DNA of 64,000 nucleotides, from the IMG/VR virus record IMGVR_UViG_3300029362_000615. The stretch is one strand, 5' to 3'. The DNA is from a virus. Positions 17,716-25,850 of this stretch are shown in pieces. Made by a program: the position numbers and the translations under genes. Numbering within the stretch: position 1 is the first letter of the stretch; each line of letters opens with the position of its first letter. The notes under the pieces are model-generated. The model was given only the letters and a program-made list of their open reading frames with translations. It searched no databases and was not told the origin of the DNA.

Positions 17716-18135
17716 ATGGACAACAATATTGACCCAAAGGTCGGAGAGGTTTGGTTGGTTGATCTATCCAATGCGACAGGTCATCAGCAGCGCGGTATTC
17801 GACCGTTCGTTGTGACGAGCAACAATAAGCGCAACTTCTTTAGTCCAACAATTAAAGGGAATCCGTTGTCTTCCAGAATATACAAGCGCTCTCCGGTTCA
17901 TGTTCTACTCTCAAAGGAAGATTGTGATTTCCTAGAGGTTGATAGTATCGTTCTATGTGAAGAGACTGATACACTTAACAAAGGACAGTTCATTAAAAAA
18001 CTTGGTGTCTTGTCGGAGCGTCAGATGAATATGATCGCAATGGCAAGATGCAAGGATGAACCGTTTTTGCTTGCAGCATTCCTGAGCGGCGTACAACATA
18101 CCATGGAATTTCAGAATTTTGCCGCATTTGCTTGA
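17716..18135 (+). CDS. mazF: MazF/PemK-family endoribonuclease toxin (type II TA toxin fold), no adjacent antitoxin
   Basis: GEVWLVDLSNATGHQQRGIRPFVVTS...SPTIKGNP...DSIVLCEETDTLNKGQFIKKLGVLSERQMNMI matches the MazF/Kid consensus. Confidence 0.7.
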   Translation: MDNNIDPKVGEVWLVDLSNATGHQQRGIRPFVVTSNNKRNFFSPTIKGNPLSSRIYKRSPVHVLLSKEDCDFLEVDSIVLCEETDTLNKGQFIKKLGVLSERQMNMIAMARCKDEPFLLAAFLSGVQHTMEFQNFAAFA

Positions 18136-18188
18136 TTTTTTATAAGGTTTAATGGTACACTACATATAATAAGAAGGAGTGTGCCACT

Positions 18189-19115
18189 ATGCTTACTGAA
18201 GAAAAAATCAAAGCTTTTGCCGAAAAGTATTCTGATAGAAGCGGTGAGTTTGTTGCATCGACGATGCGTCACGTCATGGATTACGAGGCCGAGCGTGGGT
18301 ATGAGTTGTTTGACTTCACAAAAGATGATTTCGTAAAGATGTTTGCCAAATATAATTGGGTGAATTCGAGTCGTTCGTTTAAAAATGTGAAGTCAATAAT
18401 CACAGGCTACATCAAAAGTGAAAACGAAACAAGCATGTATGATCTGGCTGACTTTTCAGAGAGCGATGTAAGCGCAGATGATATGTACAATGACAGTTAT
18501 TTTGCGTCGGTTGACGAATTTGTTGACTTCTTAAATAAGTACGAAGAGCCATATCAGATTCGTATGAACGTAATTGCTGTTTTGTACTGGATTGGTCTTA
18601 CTTCCGATGAGATTTCTAATCTAACAATTAACGATGTGGATTTTGAATCTAATACCGTTCTTGATAAGACTGATGTTGACGCAAGGTTAATGGATATTAT
18701 CAAGCAATGTTACGAGATGAAACAGTATGATGCCCCCAATAAGAGCGGTTATAGAACATTTTATGTCATGAATGGCGATTATATCCTACGCAAAACGAAG
18801 GATAAACCCGGTGTAAACAGTGATCCAAAGACGTCTATAATTTCAATTCATGTCTATTTTTCGAGGTTGAACGATATCCTCGAAAAAAGGCATCATTCAA
18901 AAACCTTAGATCAAAGATATTTAGCCAGAAATTGTGAGTATATCAAGGTTTATAACTACTGTAAAACTCATCCAAAATTTAATCTTGCAGAACTTAGTTT
19001 CGGAAATGGTAAAGGTCCTCTTGCGGACATTATCGGAAGAAAGTGCAGTAAAGTTGCCTATCTTAGTTTCCGGCAAGGATATAAAGGTTGGGTTGAATAT
19101 TTCCATGAAAATTAA
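18189..19115 (+). CDS. tyrosine-recombinase-like protein, possibly degenerate (box I Arg replaced)
   Basis: RMNVIAVLYWIGLTSDEISNLTINDVDF resembles integrase box I but has Thr instead of Arg. No clean H-x-x-R motif. Confidence 0.3.
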   Translation: MLTEEKIKAFAEKYSDRSGEFVASTMRHVMDYEAERGYELFDFTKDDFVKMFAKYNWVNSSRSFKNVKSIITGYIKSENETSMYDLADFSESDVSADDMYNDSYFASVDEFVDFLNKYEEPYQIRMNVIAVLYWIGLTSDEISNLTINDVDFESNTVLDKTDVDARLMDIIKQCYEMKQYDAPNKSGYRTFYVMNGDYILRKTKDKPGVNSDPKTSIISIHVYFSRLNDILEKRHHSKTLDQRYLARNCEYIKVYNYCKTHPKFNLAELSFGNGKGPLADIIGRKCSKVAYLSFRQGYKGWVEYFHEN

Positions 19116-19120
19116 AAACA

Positions 19121-19144
19121 GGGGGCTTCGGCCCCTTCATTTTA
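19121..19144 (+). terminator. Rho-independent terminator (GGGGC-TTCG-GCCCC + TTCATTTT)
   Basis: GC stem with UUCG tetraloop and T-tract immediately after the 19115 stop. Confidence 0.7.
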
Positions 19145-19150
19145 ACATGC

Positions 19151-19172
19151 TAACTATATAACACAGGATACC
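19151..19172 (+). promoter_or_regulatory. 22-bp conserved promoter/operator element (forward) TAACTATATAACACAGGATACC
   Basis: One of 5 forward copies located 20-30 nt upstream of gene starts. Confidence 0.5.
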
Positions 19173-19186
19173 TATTAGAAAGGGAG

Positions 19187-21406
19187 ATGCAGATGAGAAC
19201 ACTTTTACTGTTCCGTGGAGCACCCGGTTGCGGGAAGTCCACCTATATTAAAGAGCATAATCTTGAGCAGTACGTATTGAGTGCTGATACACTTCGCCTT
19301 ATGTGCCAGAGCGCACAGGAAACACCTGATGGGCAGATGGAGATTTCTCCGCAGAATGATGATGTTGTATGGGAGATGCTTTTCAAACTGCTTGAGGTGC
19401 GGATGAGCCATGGCGAGTTTACTGTGATTGATGCAACGAATTCCAAGACGGTCGAAATGAATTGTTATAAGAATCTTGCAAAACAGTATCGTTATCGGAT
19501 GTATGTTATTGATATGACGGACCTTCCGATCGAGGAATGCAAACGAAGAAACGCTCAGAGAGAATGGCTAAAGCGAGTTCCTGAAGCGGCTATTGATAAG
19601 ATGTACGCTCGGTTTGCTACTCAAAAAGTTCCTTCTGGCGTGACAGTTCTTCCTTCTACTACGGATGTGATGTCCGATTTGAACTACTGCCCGAATGACT
19701 TTAACCAGTGGAAAAAGATACATATCATCGGTGATATTCATGGCTGCTATACCTGCTTGAGTGAATACCTTGGTGAGATGAAGGACGACGAGCTTTATAT
19801 CTTCGTTGGTGATTATCTCGATCGTGGCATCGAAAACGTTGAGGTATTCAAGTTCTTGTGTGATGTTGTAAATAACAACCGCAAGAATGTGATCCTTTTG
19901 GAAGGGAACCACGAGCATTGGCTGAACAAGTGGGGGCATGATAAACCGGTTCAAAGTGAAGAGTTTGCAAACTACACTCGTCCGCAGCTCTTTAAAGCCG
20001 GTATTGACAAGAACACTGCTCGTAAGATCTATTCCAGAGTCGGCCAGTGTGTCTACTTTGAGTATGATGGTAAGCGGTATTTCGTAAGTCACGGTGGTCT
20101 GAGCTATCTTCCTTATTTTCTTCCGTTCGTGTCTGCGGATCAGATGATTAAAGGCGTAGGCCGCTATCCTGATATACTGACCGTGGCTGAGTCTTGGGAA
20201 AAGTCGATGCCGGATAGCTATATTCAGATCTTCGGCCATCGAAATGTACAGGATGTTCCTATTGATATGGGTCATCGGTGCTACAATCTTGAAGGCAAAA
20301 TCGAGTTTGGTGGATATCTTCGTTGTGTGGAGCTTGAACACGGTCAGCCTATCAAATGCGTAGAAACCAAGAATGATGTATTCCGAAAAGAGGAGCCAAA
20401 GACTGAAACTGCCGTTGAAATGAAAACTGAGTTCGATAACGCAGAACTTGTTAGTAAGATGCGTCAAAGCAAATATGTGTTTGAGAAGCGATTCGGAGAT
20501 ATTTCTTCTTTCAACTTCTCTCGTGAAGCATTTTATAAGAAGCACTGGGATGAGGTTTCTACCAAAGCAAGAGGGTTGTTCATTAACACAAAGACGAATA
20601 AGATTGTAGCTCGAAGCTATGATAAGTTCTTTGCGGTTGATGAGCGGAATGAAACGAGAATTGGAAACCTACAGAACACTTTGAAGTTCCCGGTGACTGC
20701 ATATCTAAAAGAGAACGGATTTCTTGGTATCATTTCGTATGATGCAGAACAGGATGGTCTGTTCATTGCAAGTAAATCCACTCCTGATGGGCCTTTTGCA
20801 GATATGTTCCGAAAGATTCTCATGGATACGACTTCTGATGAAGATCGTAAGAATCTGAAAGAAGTTGCAAAAGAGAATGGCTCCATCATCTTCGAGGTGA
20901 TTGATCCTGTGAATGATGCACATATCATCGAATATAAGAAACCGCACATTGTTTTGCTGGATATTATTGCAAATGATATGAATTTCAGTGTAATGGATTA
21001 TGATGATTTGAAGCGTGTAGCCGAGAAGTGTCATCTGCAGATTAAGGAGAAGGTTAAAACCTTTGAGAACTGGAGTGAATTCTATCCTTGGTACGAAGAA
21101 GTCATGAACGAGAACTATCTGCATCATGGTTTTGAACACGTTGAAGGCTTTGTTTTGCGAGACAGCAATAATTTCATGTTTAAGCTGAAGCTTCTGTATT
21201 ATAAGCACTGGAAGTTCTTGCGTGGTGTCATGCAGAGCGTTCAAAAACGTGGCTATTATGAAAATACCGCAAAGTTGTTTACTGCCGAGGATAACCTGTT
21301 CTATGGTTGGATGCGTGAACAACGAGAGAAAGATCAAGAGTCTTTCTGCAAGAAGGGTATTATTCAGCTGCGGAATGAGTTCTACGCAAGTCAGCAGAAG
21401 AGCTAA
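19187..21406 (+). CDS. pnkp: bacterial-type polynucleotide kinase-phosphatase-ligase (Pnkp) RNA/DNA end-healing and sealing enzyme
   Basis: N-terminal P-loop GAPGCGKST, a central calcineurin-like phosphatase (GDIHG, GDYLDRG, GNHE), and a C-terminal nucleotidyltransferase with KENG lysine motif. Second ATG at 19193 has better RBS spacing. Confidence 0.7.
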   Translation: MQMRTLLLFRGAPGCGKSTYIKEHNLEQYVLSADTLRLMCQSAQETPDGQMEISPQNDDVVWEMLFKLLEVRMSHGEFTVIDATNSKTVEMNCYKNLAKQYRYRMYVIDMTDLPIEECKRRNAQREWLKRVPEAAIDKMYARFATQKVPSGVTVLPSTTDVMSDLNYCPNDFNQWKKIHIIGDIHGCYTCLSEYLGEMKDDELYIFVGDYLDRGIENVEVFKFLCDVVNNNRKNVILLEGNHEHWLNKWGHDKPVQSEEFANYTRPQLFKAGIDKNTARKIYSRVGQCVYFEYDGKRYFVSHGGLSYLPYFLPFVSADQMIKGVGRYPDILTVAESWEKSMPDSYIQIFGHRNVQDVPIDMGHRCYNLEGKIEFGGYLRCVELEHGQPIKCVETKNDVFRKEEPKTETAVEMKTEFDNAELVSKMRQSKYVFEKRFGDISSFNFSREAFYKKHWDEVSTKARGLFINTKTNKIVARSYDKFFAVDERNETRIGNLQNTLKFPVTAYLKENGFLGIISYDAEQDGLFIASKSTPDGPFADMFRKILMDTTSDEDRKNLKEVAKENGSIIFEVIDPVNDAHIIEYKKPHIVLLDIIANDMNFSVMDYDDLKRVAEKCHLQIKEKVKTFENWSEFYPWYEEVMNENYLHHGFEHVEGFVLRDSNNFMFKLKLLYYKHWKFLRGVMQSVQKRGYYENTAKLFTAEDNLFYGWMREQREKDQESFCKKGIIQLRNEFYASQQKS

Positions 21407-21523
21407 ATTAAAAAATAGACATTTTATCGTGATTTTCGTTAAAATAATTAACGAAGTATCGTGACATTTCTTCCTCCGAAAATGCTCTGCGCGGGGCTGA
21501 CAGCCGGGAAAGACCGGCAATAT

Positions 21524-21608
21524 GGGGATATGGTGAAATTGGCAGCCACGCTTGATTCAAACTCAAGTGTCGAAAGACGTATCGGTTCAAATCCGATTAT
21601 CCCTACCA
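21524..21608 (+). tRNA. tRNA-Leu (anticodon CAA), type II with long variable arm, CCA encoded
   Basis: Acceptor GGGGATA/TATCCCT, anticodon loop TTCAAAC, T-loop GGTTCAAATCC. Confidence 0.8.
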
Positions 21609-21808
21609 TGAAGATCAGTTGTTCTAGCTCGTTCGGGGATTGGCCGTACATTGGCGACCGGAAAGACGTCATACCGGTAAAGGACGTCAAGCCAGACAAG
21701 AAGAGAAATAAGGTGTAAGCCGACTAGCTATCGGATAAATACTCTTCGATTCGCCAGAAAACTAGAATGTAAAACGAATGGTTGGCTGTTTCTGATCTTC
21801 TTTTATAT

Positions 21809-21891
21809 GCGCCCGTGGTGGAATCGCAGACACAGGAGACTTAAGATCTTCTGCCAGAGATGGCGTGCGGGTTCAAGTCCCGCCGGGCGCA
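21809..21891 (+). tRNA. tRNA-Leu (anticodon TAA), type II, no encoded CCA
   Basis: Acceptor GCGCCCG/CGGGCGC, anticodon loop CTTAAGA, T-loop GGGTTCAAGTCCC. Confidence 0.8.
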
Positions 21892-21898
21892 TTTGTAT

Positions 21899-21974
21899 CT
21901 GGGCGTAGCGAAGTTGGTATCGCACCTGTTTTGGGAACAGGGGACCGCAAGTTCAAACCTTGTCGCTCAGACCA
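21899..21974 (+). tRNA. tRNA-Pro (anticodon TGG), CCA encoded
   Basis: C1-G72 acceptor pair, anticodon loop TTTGGGA, T-loop AGTTCAAAC. Confidence 0.8.
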
Positions 21975-22061
21975 GCCCGAAAGGGCAAGGAAAAATTGTC
22001 CTCACATTATTCCCGGCTCTCTGGAAACGGAGCAGTGTGACGTAGTAAGCTGGGTATATGA

Positions 22062-22132
22062 TGCGCCATCGCCAAGCGGTAAGGCAGAGGACTTTGACTC
22101 CTCCATCGCAGGTTCGACCCCTGCTGGCGCAA
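22062..22132 (+). tRNA. tRNA-Gln (anticodon TTG), U1-A72 first pair
   Basis: Acceptor TGCGCCA/TGGCGCA, D-arm GCCAAGCGGTAAGGC, anticodon loop CTTTGAC, T-loop GGTTCGACC. Confidence 0.8.
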
Positions 22133-22135
22133 TAT

Positions 22136-22217
22136 GCGGATATGGTGGAATGGCAGACACGCCAGATTTAGGATCTGGTGCTTCGGCGTGTGGGTTCGAT
22201 GCCCACTATCCGCACCA
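22136..22217 (+). tRNA. tRNA-Leu (anticodon TAG), type II, CCA encoded
   Basis: Acceptor GCGGATA/TATCCGC, anticodon loop TTTAGGA, T-loop GGGTTCGATGCCC. Confidence 0.8.
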
Positions 22218-22316
22218 CGGTCATAGAATGGTTGCGTACCGTTTGTTGATCTCCTTTACTATTATTCCCAGCTCGCTCGTAAGAGTGCAGTAGTGCTTTG
22301 TAAGCTGGGTTTACAT

Positions 22317-22391
22317 GCAGCGGTCGTATAACGGTTAGTACATCAGCCTTCCAAGCTGAGGATGAGGTTTCGACTACCTTTCGCTGCTCCA
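22317..22391 (+). tRNA. tRNA-Gly (anticodon TCC), CCA encoded
   Basis: Acceptor GCAGCGG/TCGCTGC, anticodon loop CTTCCAA, T-loop GGTTTCGACTACC. Confidence 0.8.
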
Positions 22392-22581
22392 ATTTCGTAT
22401 GGGTAGGGATTTTAAGCGGTCAGTCCCGGCCGCGCCTGTGCGAAATACCACCCTGAAAGGGGCGAGATATAGGAAATGTGCATCGCTGTTATTCCTTCCT
22501 CGTCTATATGATATAGATGCAATAGTGTTTTATAAGGAAGGTGCCCAGTTGAATAGTTGCAGCTGTTTAACTGGTTTTTAT

Positions 22582-22658
22582 GGGATAGTAGCTCAGCTGG
22601 TCAGAGCTGGCGGCTCATAACCGCTTGGTCGGGAGTTCAAATCTCTCCTGTCCCACCA
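22582..22658 (+). tRNA. tRNA-Met or tRNA-Ile2 (anticodon CAT), elongator type, CCA encoded
   Basis: Acceptor GGGATAG/CTGTCCC with G1-C72 pair, anticodon loop CTCATAA, T-loop GGGAGTTCAAATCTCTC. Confidence 0.8.
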
Positions 22659-22718
22659 GCCCAATAGGGTATACATAAAACTGCTAGAACTTTTGTTTTA
22701 TAGGCGACGAAATAACAT

Positions 22719-22732
22719 GACGTTGATACGTC
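22719..22732 (+). promoter_or_regulatory. variant copy of the palindromic operator (GACGTTGATACGTC)
   Basis: Related to TAACGTGGATACGTTA at 24834 and 53280. Confidence 0.35.
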
Positions 22733-22761
22733 TATTATTTTTTTGCTCATTTTCTGAGTTT

Positions 22762-22783
22762 TAGCTATATAATACAGGATATG
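22762..22783 (+). promoter_or_regulatory. 22-bp conserved promoter/operator element (forward) TAGCTATATAATACAGGATATG
   Basis: Upstream of the methyltransferase gene. Confidence 0.5.
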
Positions 22784-22793
22784 AAAAGGAGGA

Positions 22794-24789
22794 ATGAAAA
22801 CTGAAGCATTACGGAGATATTACACAACTTCATGGGTGGCAGATTGAACCGGTTTCCTGTATCACAGGAGGCAGTCCATGCCAAGATTTGAGTCAGGCCG
22901 GTAAACGTGAAGGTTTGGCTGGTGAACGCTCTGGATTGTTCCTTGAAATGATTCGTGTGATTACAGAAATGAGGGAGGCCACTAATGGAGAATATCCAAA
23001 ATTCGCAATCTGGGAAAATGTCAGAGGAGCTTTCAGCTCAAGCAAAGGTGAAGACTTCAGATGTGTGTTGGAAAGATTTGCACGCATTGTCGAGCCAGAC
23101 GTTTCAATTCCTCGACCTTCAGGGAAGAACGGAAAGTGGGCAAAATCTGGAGCGATTTCCGGTAATGGATGGTCTCTTGCATGGAGATTGTTCGACGCTA
23201 AATACTGGGGAGTCGCCCAGCGTCGCCAGAGAATCGCGCTTGTCATGGATTTTGGAGGACAACGTGCCTCAGAAATTCTATTTGAGCGCACGAGCATGTC
23301 AGGGGATTCTTGTGAGAGCATCCCGGCGTGGAAAACCTTTGCCCGAACTCCTGAAACAAGCGTTGCTGGATATGATCGAATGGTGGAATCCAGGAACTCT
23401 GTCACAGGTGGTGCAGAAAGTGAAGGAACAAGAAGGTCTGGAAGAGAAGGAATTGGACGAGTATTGGAGTCAGACCATCGAGAGACTTCGACTCAATGCA
23501 CAGAACCTGCAGCCTACACTCTAAAAATCCGTTCTGGATGTGAAGGTGGCGGTAAAGGCGCTCTGGTTCAAACTGAATTGAGCGCAACGATTTCTACGTT
23601 ACAAGACCAGACGCTGATTTGCTTGGCAGAAAATCCCTCCTTACATAATTTAAAACAAAAGATTTCGCCGGTGGTGTTTGAGAGCCACAGTCAGGACGCT
23701 CGATACACTCAGCAGAGTGATACAAGTCCGACTTGTACTGCTCAGTGGGGAACTGGTGGCAATAATATGCCACTGGTCATTGAGAAGAAAGCCTTTGCGA
23801 TGCAACGCATTGGTGAATACAAGGAAAGTGAACAGGCTAGTACGATGAAATCTCGTGACTACAAGGACGCTACTGACCTGATTACAGAAAAAGAATCGAA
23901 GAATCTACGATGGATTGTTCGCCGTTTGACTCCTTTGGAGGATGAACGGCTTCAGGGGTTTCCTGAAATTATGGAGGCAAATATTACAGAAATGACAAAA
24001 GATGAATATATTGCTTTCAACTTAGCTACGGGTCAGATTATCGCAGATTGTGAGAATGGAAAAGTGTATACCACAAAAGGTCCCGGCGGAAACATTCTTA
24101 AAGAACCAAAAGAACTTAGTGGGACAATTATTAAAGGTTATCGAGTTGTTAGCATCCGAAATGGTGATGTAAAAAAGCAATGTAGGGTTCATCGAGTTAT
24201 ATGGATTGCTAAAAATGGAATTATTCCAGATGGTCTGGTTGTTGACCATATCAATAACGACAAGCTAGATAATCGAATTAGTAACCTTCAGCTATTAACC
24301 GCAAAGGACAACTCTACTAAAGCTTCAAAGGATGGCCTGTATTTATCTGGAAATGAAAACCCTGTGACAGTTCTTCCAGAAGAAAAACGTATTGAAGTAG
24401 CACTTATGTATCAAACAGGAGAATTTACAATGCGCCAGCTTGCTGAAAGATACGGAATCAGTAAAAGCCGTGTCCAGCAAATTGTAAAAACATATGGATG
24501 GACCGATATTGGCGAGTGGATTGACGAGAATGGTAAAAAGCACAAGCCAGCCGATTCTCCTCGGTACAAGGCGCTCGGCAATTCGATTGCTTTGCCTCAG
24601 TGGTATTGGATTTGCCAGAAGATGAAACCGTATATTGGTGAAAATCCTACGCTTGGCAGTCTTTTCGATGGAATCGGTGGCTTTCCGCTTGTCTTTGAAA
24701 GTACGTATGGTGATGGTACTGCTATCTGGGGATCTGAAATTGAACCGTTTTGTGTTGCGGTGACAAAGAAGCATTTTCCAGAAGATTAA
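22794..24789 (+). CDS. cytosine-5 DNA methyltransferase with circularly permuted motif order (III-IV-VI-VIII-TRD-IX-[HNH+HTH insertion]-X-I-II); apparent 1-nt frameshift after the ATG
   Basis: Motifs GDITQ, GGSPCQ, ENV, QRRQRIALV, RRLTPLEDERLQGFPE, YKALGNSIA, then LFDGIGGF and SEIEP..KHFPE at the C-terminus. ATG 22794 is in frame only if one A of the A4 run at 22797-22800 is removed. The long ORF in the given sequence runs 22798-24789. Confidence 0.6.
24136..24312 (+). other. HNH (HNH_3-type) endonuclease domain inserted in-frame between methyltransferase motifs IX and X, followed by a helix-turn-helix segment to about 24558
   Basis: GYRVVSIRNGDVKKQCRVHRVIWIAKNGIIPDGLVVDHINNDKLDNRISNLQLLTAKDN, then LPEEKRIEVALMYQTGEFTMRQLAERYGISKSRVQQIV. 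Confidence 0.65.
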
Positions 24790-24833
24790 ATCTCATAAAA
24801 GGCTAATTTTAGCAAGAAAATAACGAAAAATTA

Positions 24834-24849
24834 TAACGTGGATACGTTA
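24834..24849 (+). promoter_or_regulatory. palindromic operator TAACGTGGATACGTTA (6-4-6) overlapping a TATAAC -10 box
   Basis: Perfect inverted repeat 30 nt upstream of gene 24879. Second copy at 53280. Confidence 0.5.
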
Positions 24850-24878
24850 AAATATTGCGAAAAGAAAGTGATAAATCA

Positions 24879-25259
24879 ATGAATCCGGTTGAATTTCTTA
24901 GTAACGGACAGTTTAAGGCAAAGAATGGGGAAGATAAGTATTCTGTTAGAATCGCAAGGAAAGGAATGCCATACAAGACTATTTTTGTTCATTATAAAAA
25001 TGGTTTTAATTCCGAACTGATGCTTTCTAGTGAGGTCATTTCTGATGGAACACTTTATTTTACTTACGGAGCTATTAGAGACGTTATTCTGAATACACTT
25101 TCTTTAGCCTATGATGAAAACAAGGCTGTTATATTAGGAGATGTTTTAATTAGTTCTGAAACTGGAAATTTTGGAACAAAAGAAAAGCCGTGGTTATGTG
25201 ATAAAACCGTTGTACGATTACCATACCAATTAGTTGAGGAGTGGCACGATGAACAGTAA
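24879..25259 (+). CDS. hypothetical protein (126 aa) downstream of methyltransferase and under the palindromic operator
   Basis: ATG inside track ORF 24855..25259. Confidence 0.45.
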   Translation: MNPVEFLSNGQFKAKNGEDKYSVRIARKGMPYKTIFVHYKNGFNSELMLSSEVISDGTLYFTYGAIRDVILNTLSLAYDENKAVILGDVLISSETGNFGTKEKPWLCDKTVVRLPYQLVEEWHDEQ

Positions 25260-25479
25260 AATTCCTATCAATGTAACCATTGATTCCGGTTCCTTGAGCC
25301 TTCCGGCAAGTCCTATCTTCCAGAAGGAAAAGAGCACATATCTCTGTCCGTTCTGTGTAACGAAGCTAGAGAAGCTTAAACCGAAATGTCCAGAGTGTCA
25401 TCACAAGATGGATTGGAGTGCGTGGATGGATAAGAATGCAAAGCACAATTATGCATTTGCTGAAAGTGGTGTGTTATGA
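25249..25479 (+). CDS. zinc-ribbon protein
   Basis: CPFC...CPECHH. Confidence 0.45.
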   Translation: MNSKIPINVTIDSGSLSLPASPIFQKEKSTYLCPFCVTKLEKLKPKCPECHHKMDWSAWMDKNAKHNYAFAESGVL

Positions 25480-25850
25480 AAGATTGGATGCACGCAAAGA
25501 AAAAAGAGATTGAGAACATGACTTTTGACCAAGCGAAGGAAATTGTAGAGAAACAAATTCGTCTTGGTAAAGAAGGAGGCCAGTGGTGCCCTCGTGAGCA
25601 TTTAGTAAAGGCTCTCGAAATTATTCTTTCAAAAGCTGAACTTTATGAGTTTAGAACAGATTACAAAGAGCCTCTTTTCGATGACGTTTATAAACGTTAT
25701 GAGTGCCCGGTTTGTTATTACACACTATCAAATCTTGATAACTTCTGTCCACGTTGCGGACAATTACTTGATTGGCGATTTATAAGGCATTGGGAGAGAA
25801 CGATTCGTCCCACGCTTGAAAGACTGCAGAAGGAGGAGGTGCAGAGTTGA
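25476..25850 (+). CDS. zinc-ribbon protein
   Basis: CPVCYYTLSNLDNFCPRCGQ. Confidence 0.45.
   Translation: MKDWMHAKKKEIENMTFDQAKEIVEKQIRLGKEGGQWCPREHLVKALEIILSKAELYEFRTDYKEPLFDDVYKRYECPVCYYTLSNLDNFCPRCGQLLDWRFIRHWERTIRPTLERLQKEEVQS

Noticed and set aside
21437-21456. AT-rich hairpin CGTTAAaataaTTAACG after the pnkp stop as a terminator
   Set aside because: The stem is only A/T-rich with no following T-tract. tRNAs downstream are probably co-transcribed or driven by the weak CTGACA-17-ATATGG promoter-like sequence at ~21497-21522.
21860-22620. Track ORFs 21860..22045, 21865..22293, 22168..22392 and 22399..22620
   Set aside because: They overlap the tRNA genes and their spacers. The reading frames run through acceptor and T-arms and are not protein-coding.
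23968-24558. Intein hypothesis for the HNH insertion in the methyltransferase
   Set aside because: The insertion does not begin with Cys/Ser/Thr (it starts IMEAN) and does not end with His-Asn followed by Cys/Ser/Thr (it ends ...ADSPR|YKALGNS). It is therefore treated as an in-frame domain insertion, not a splicing element.
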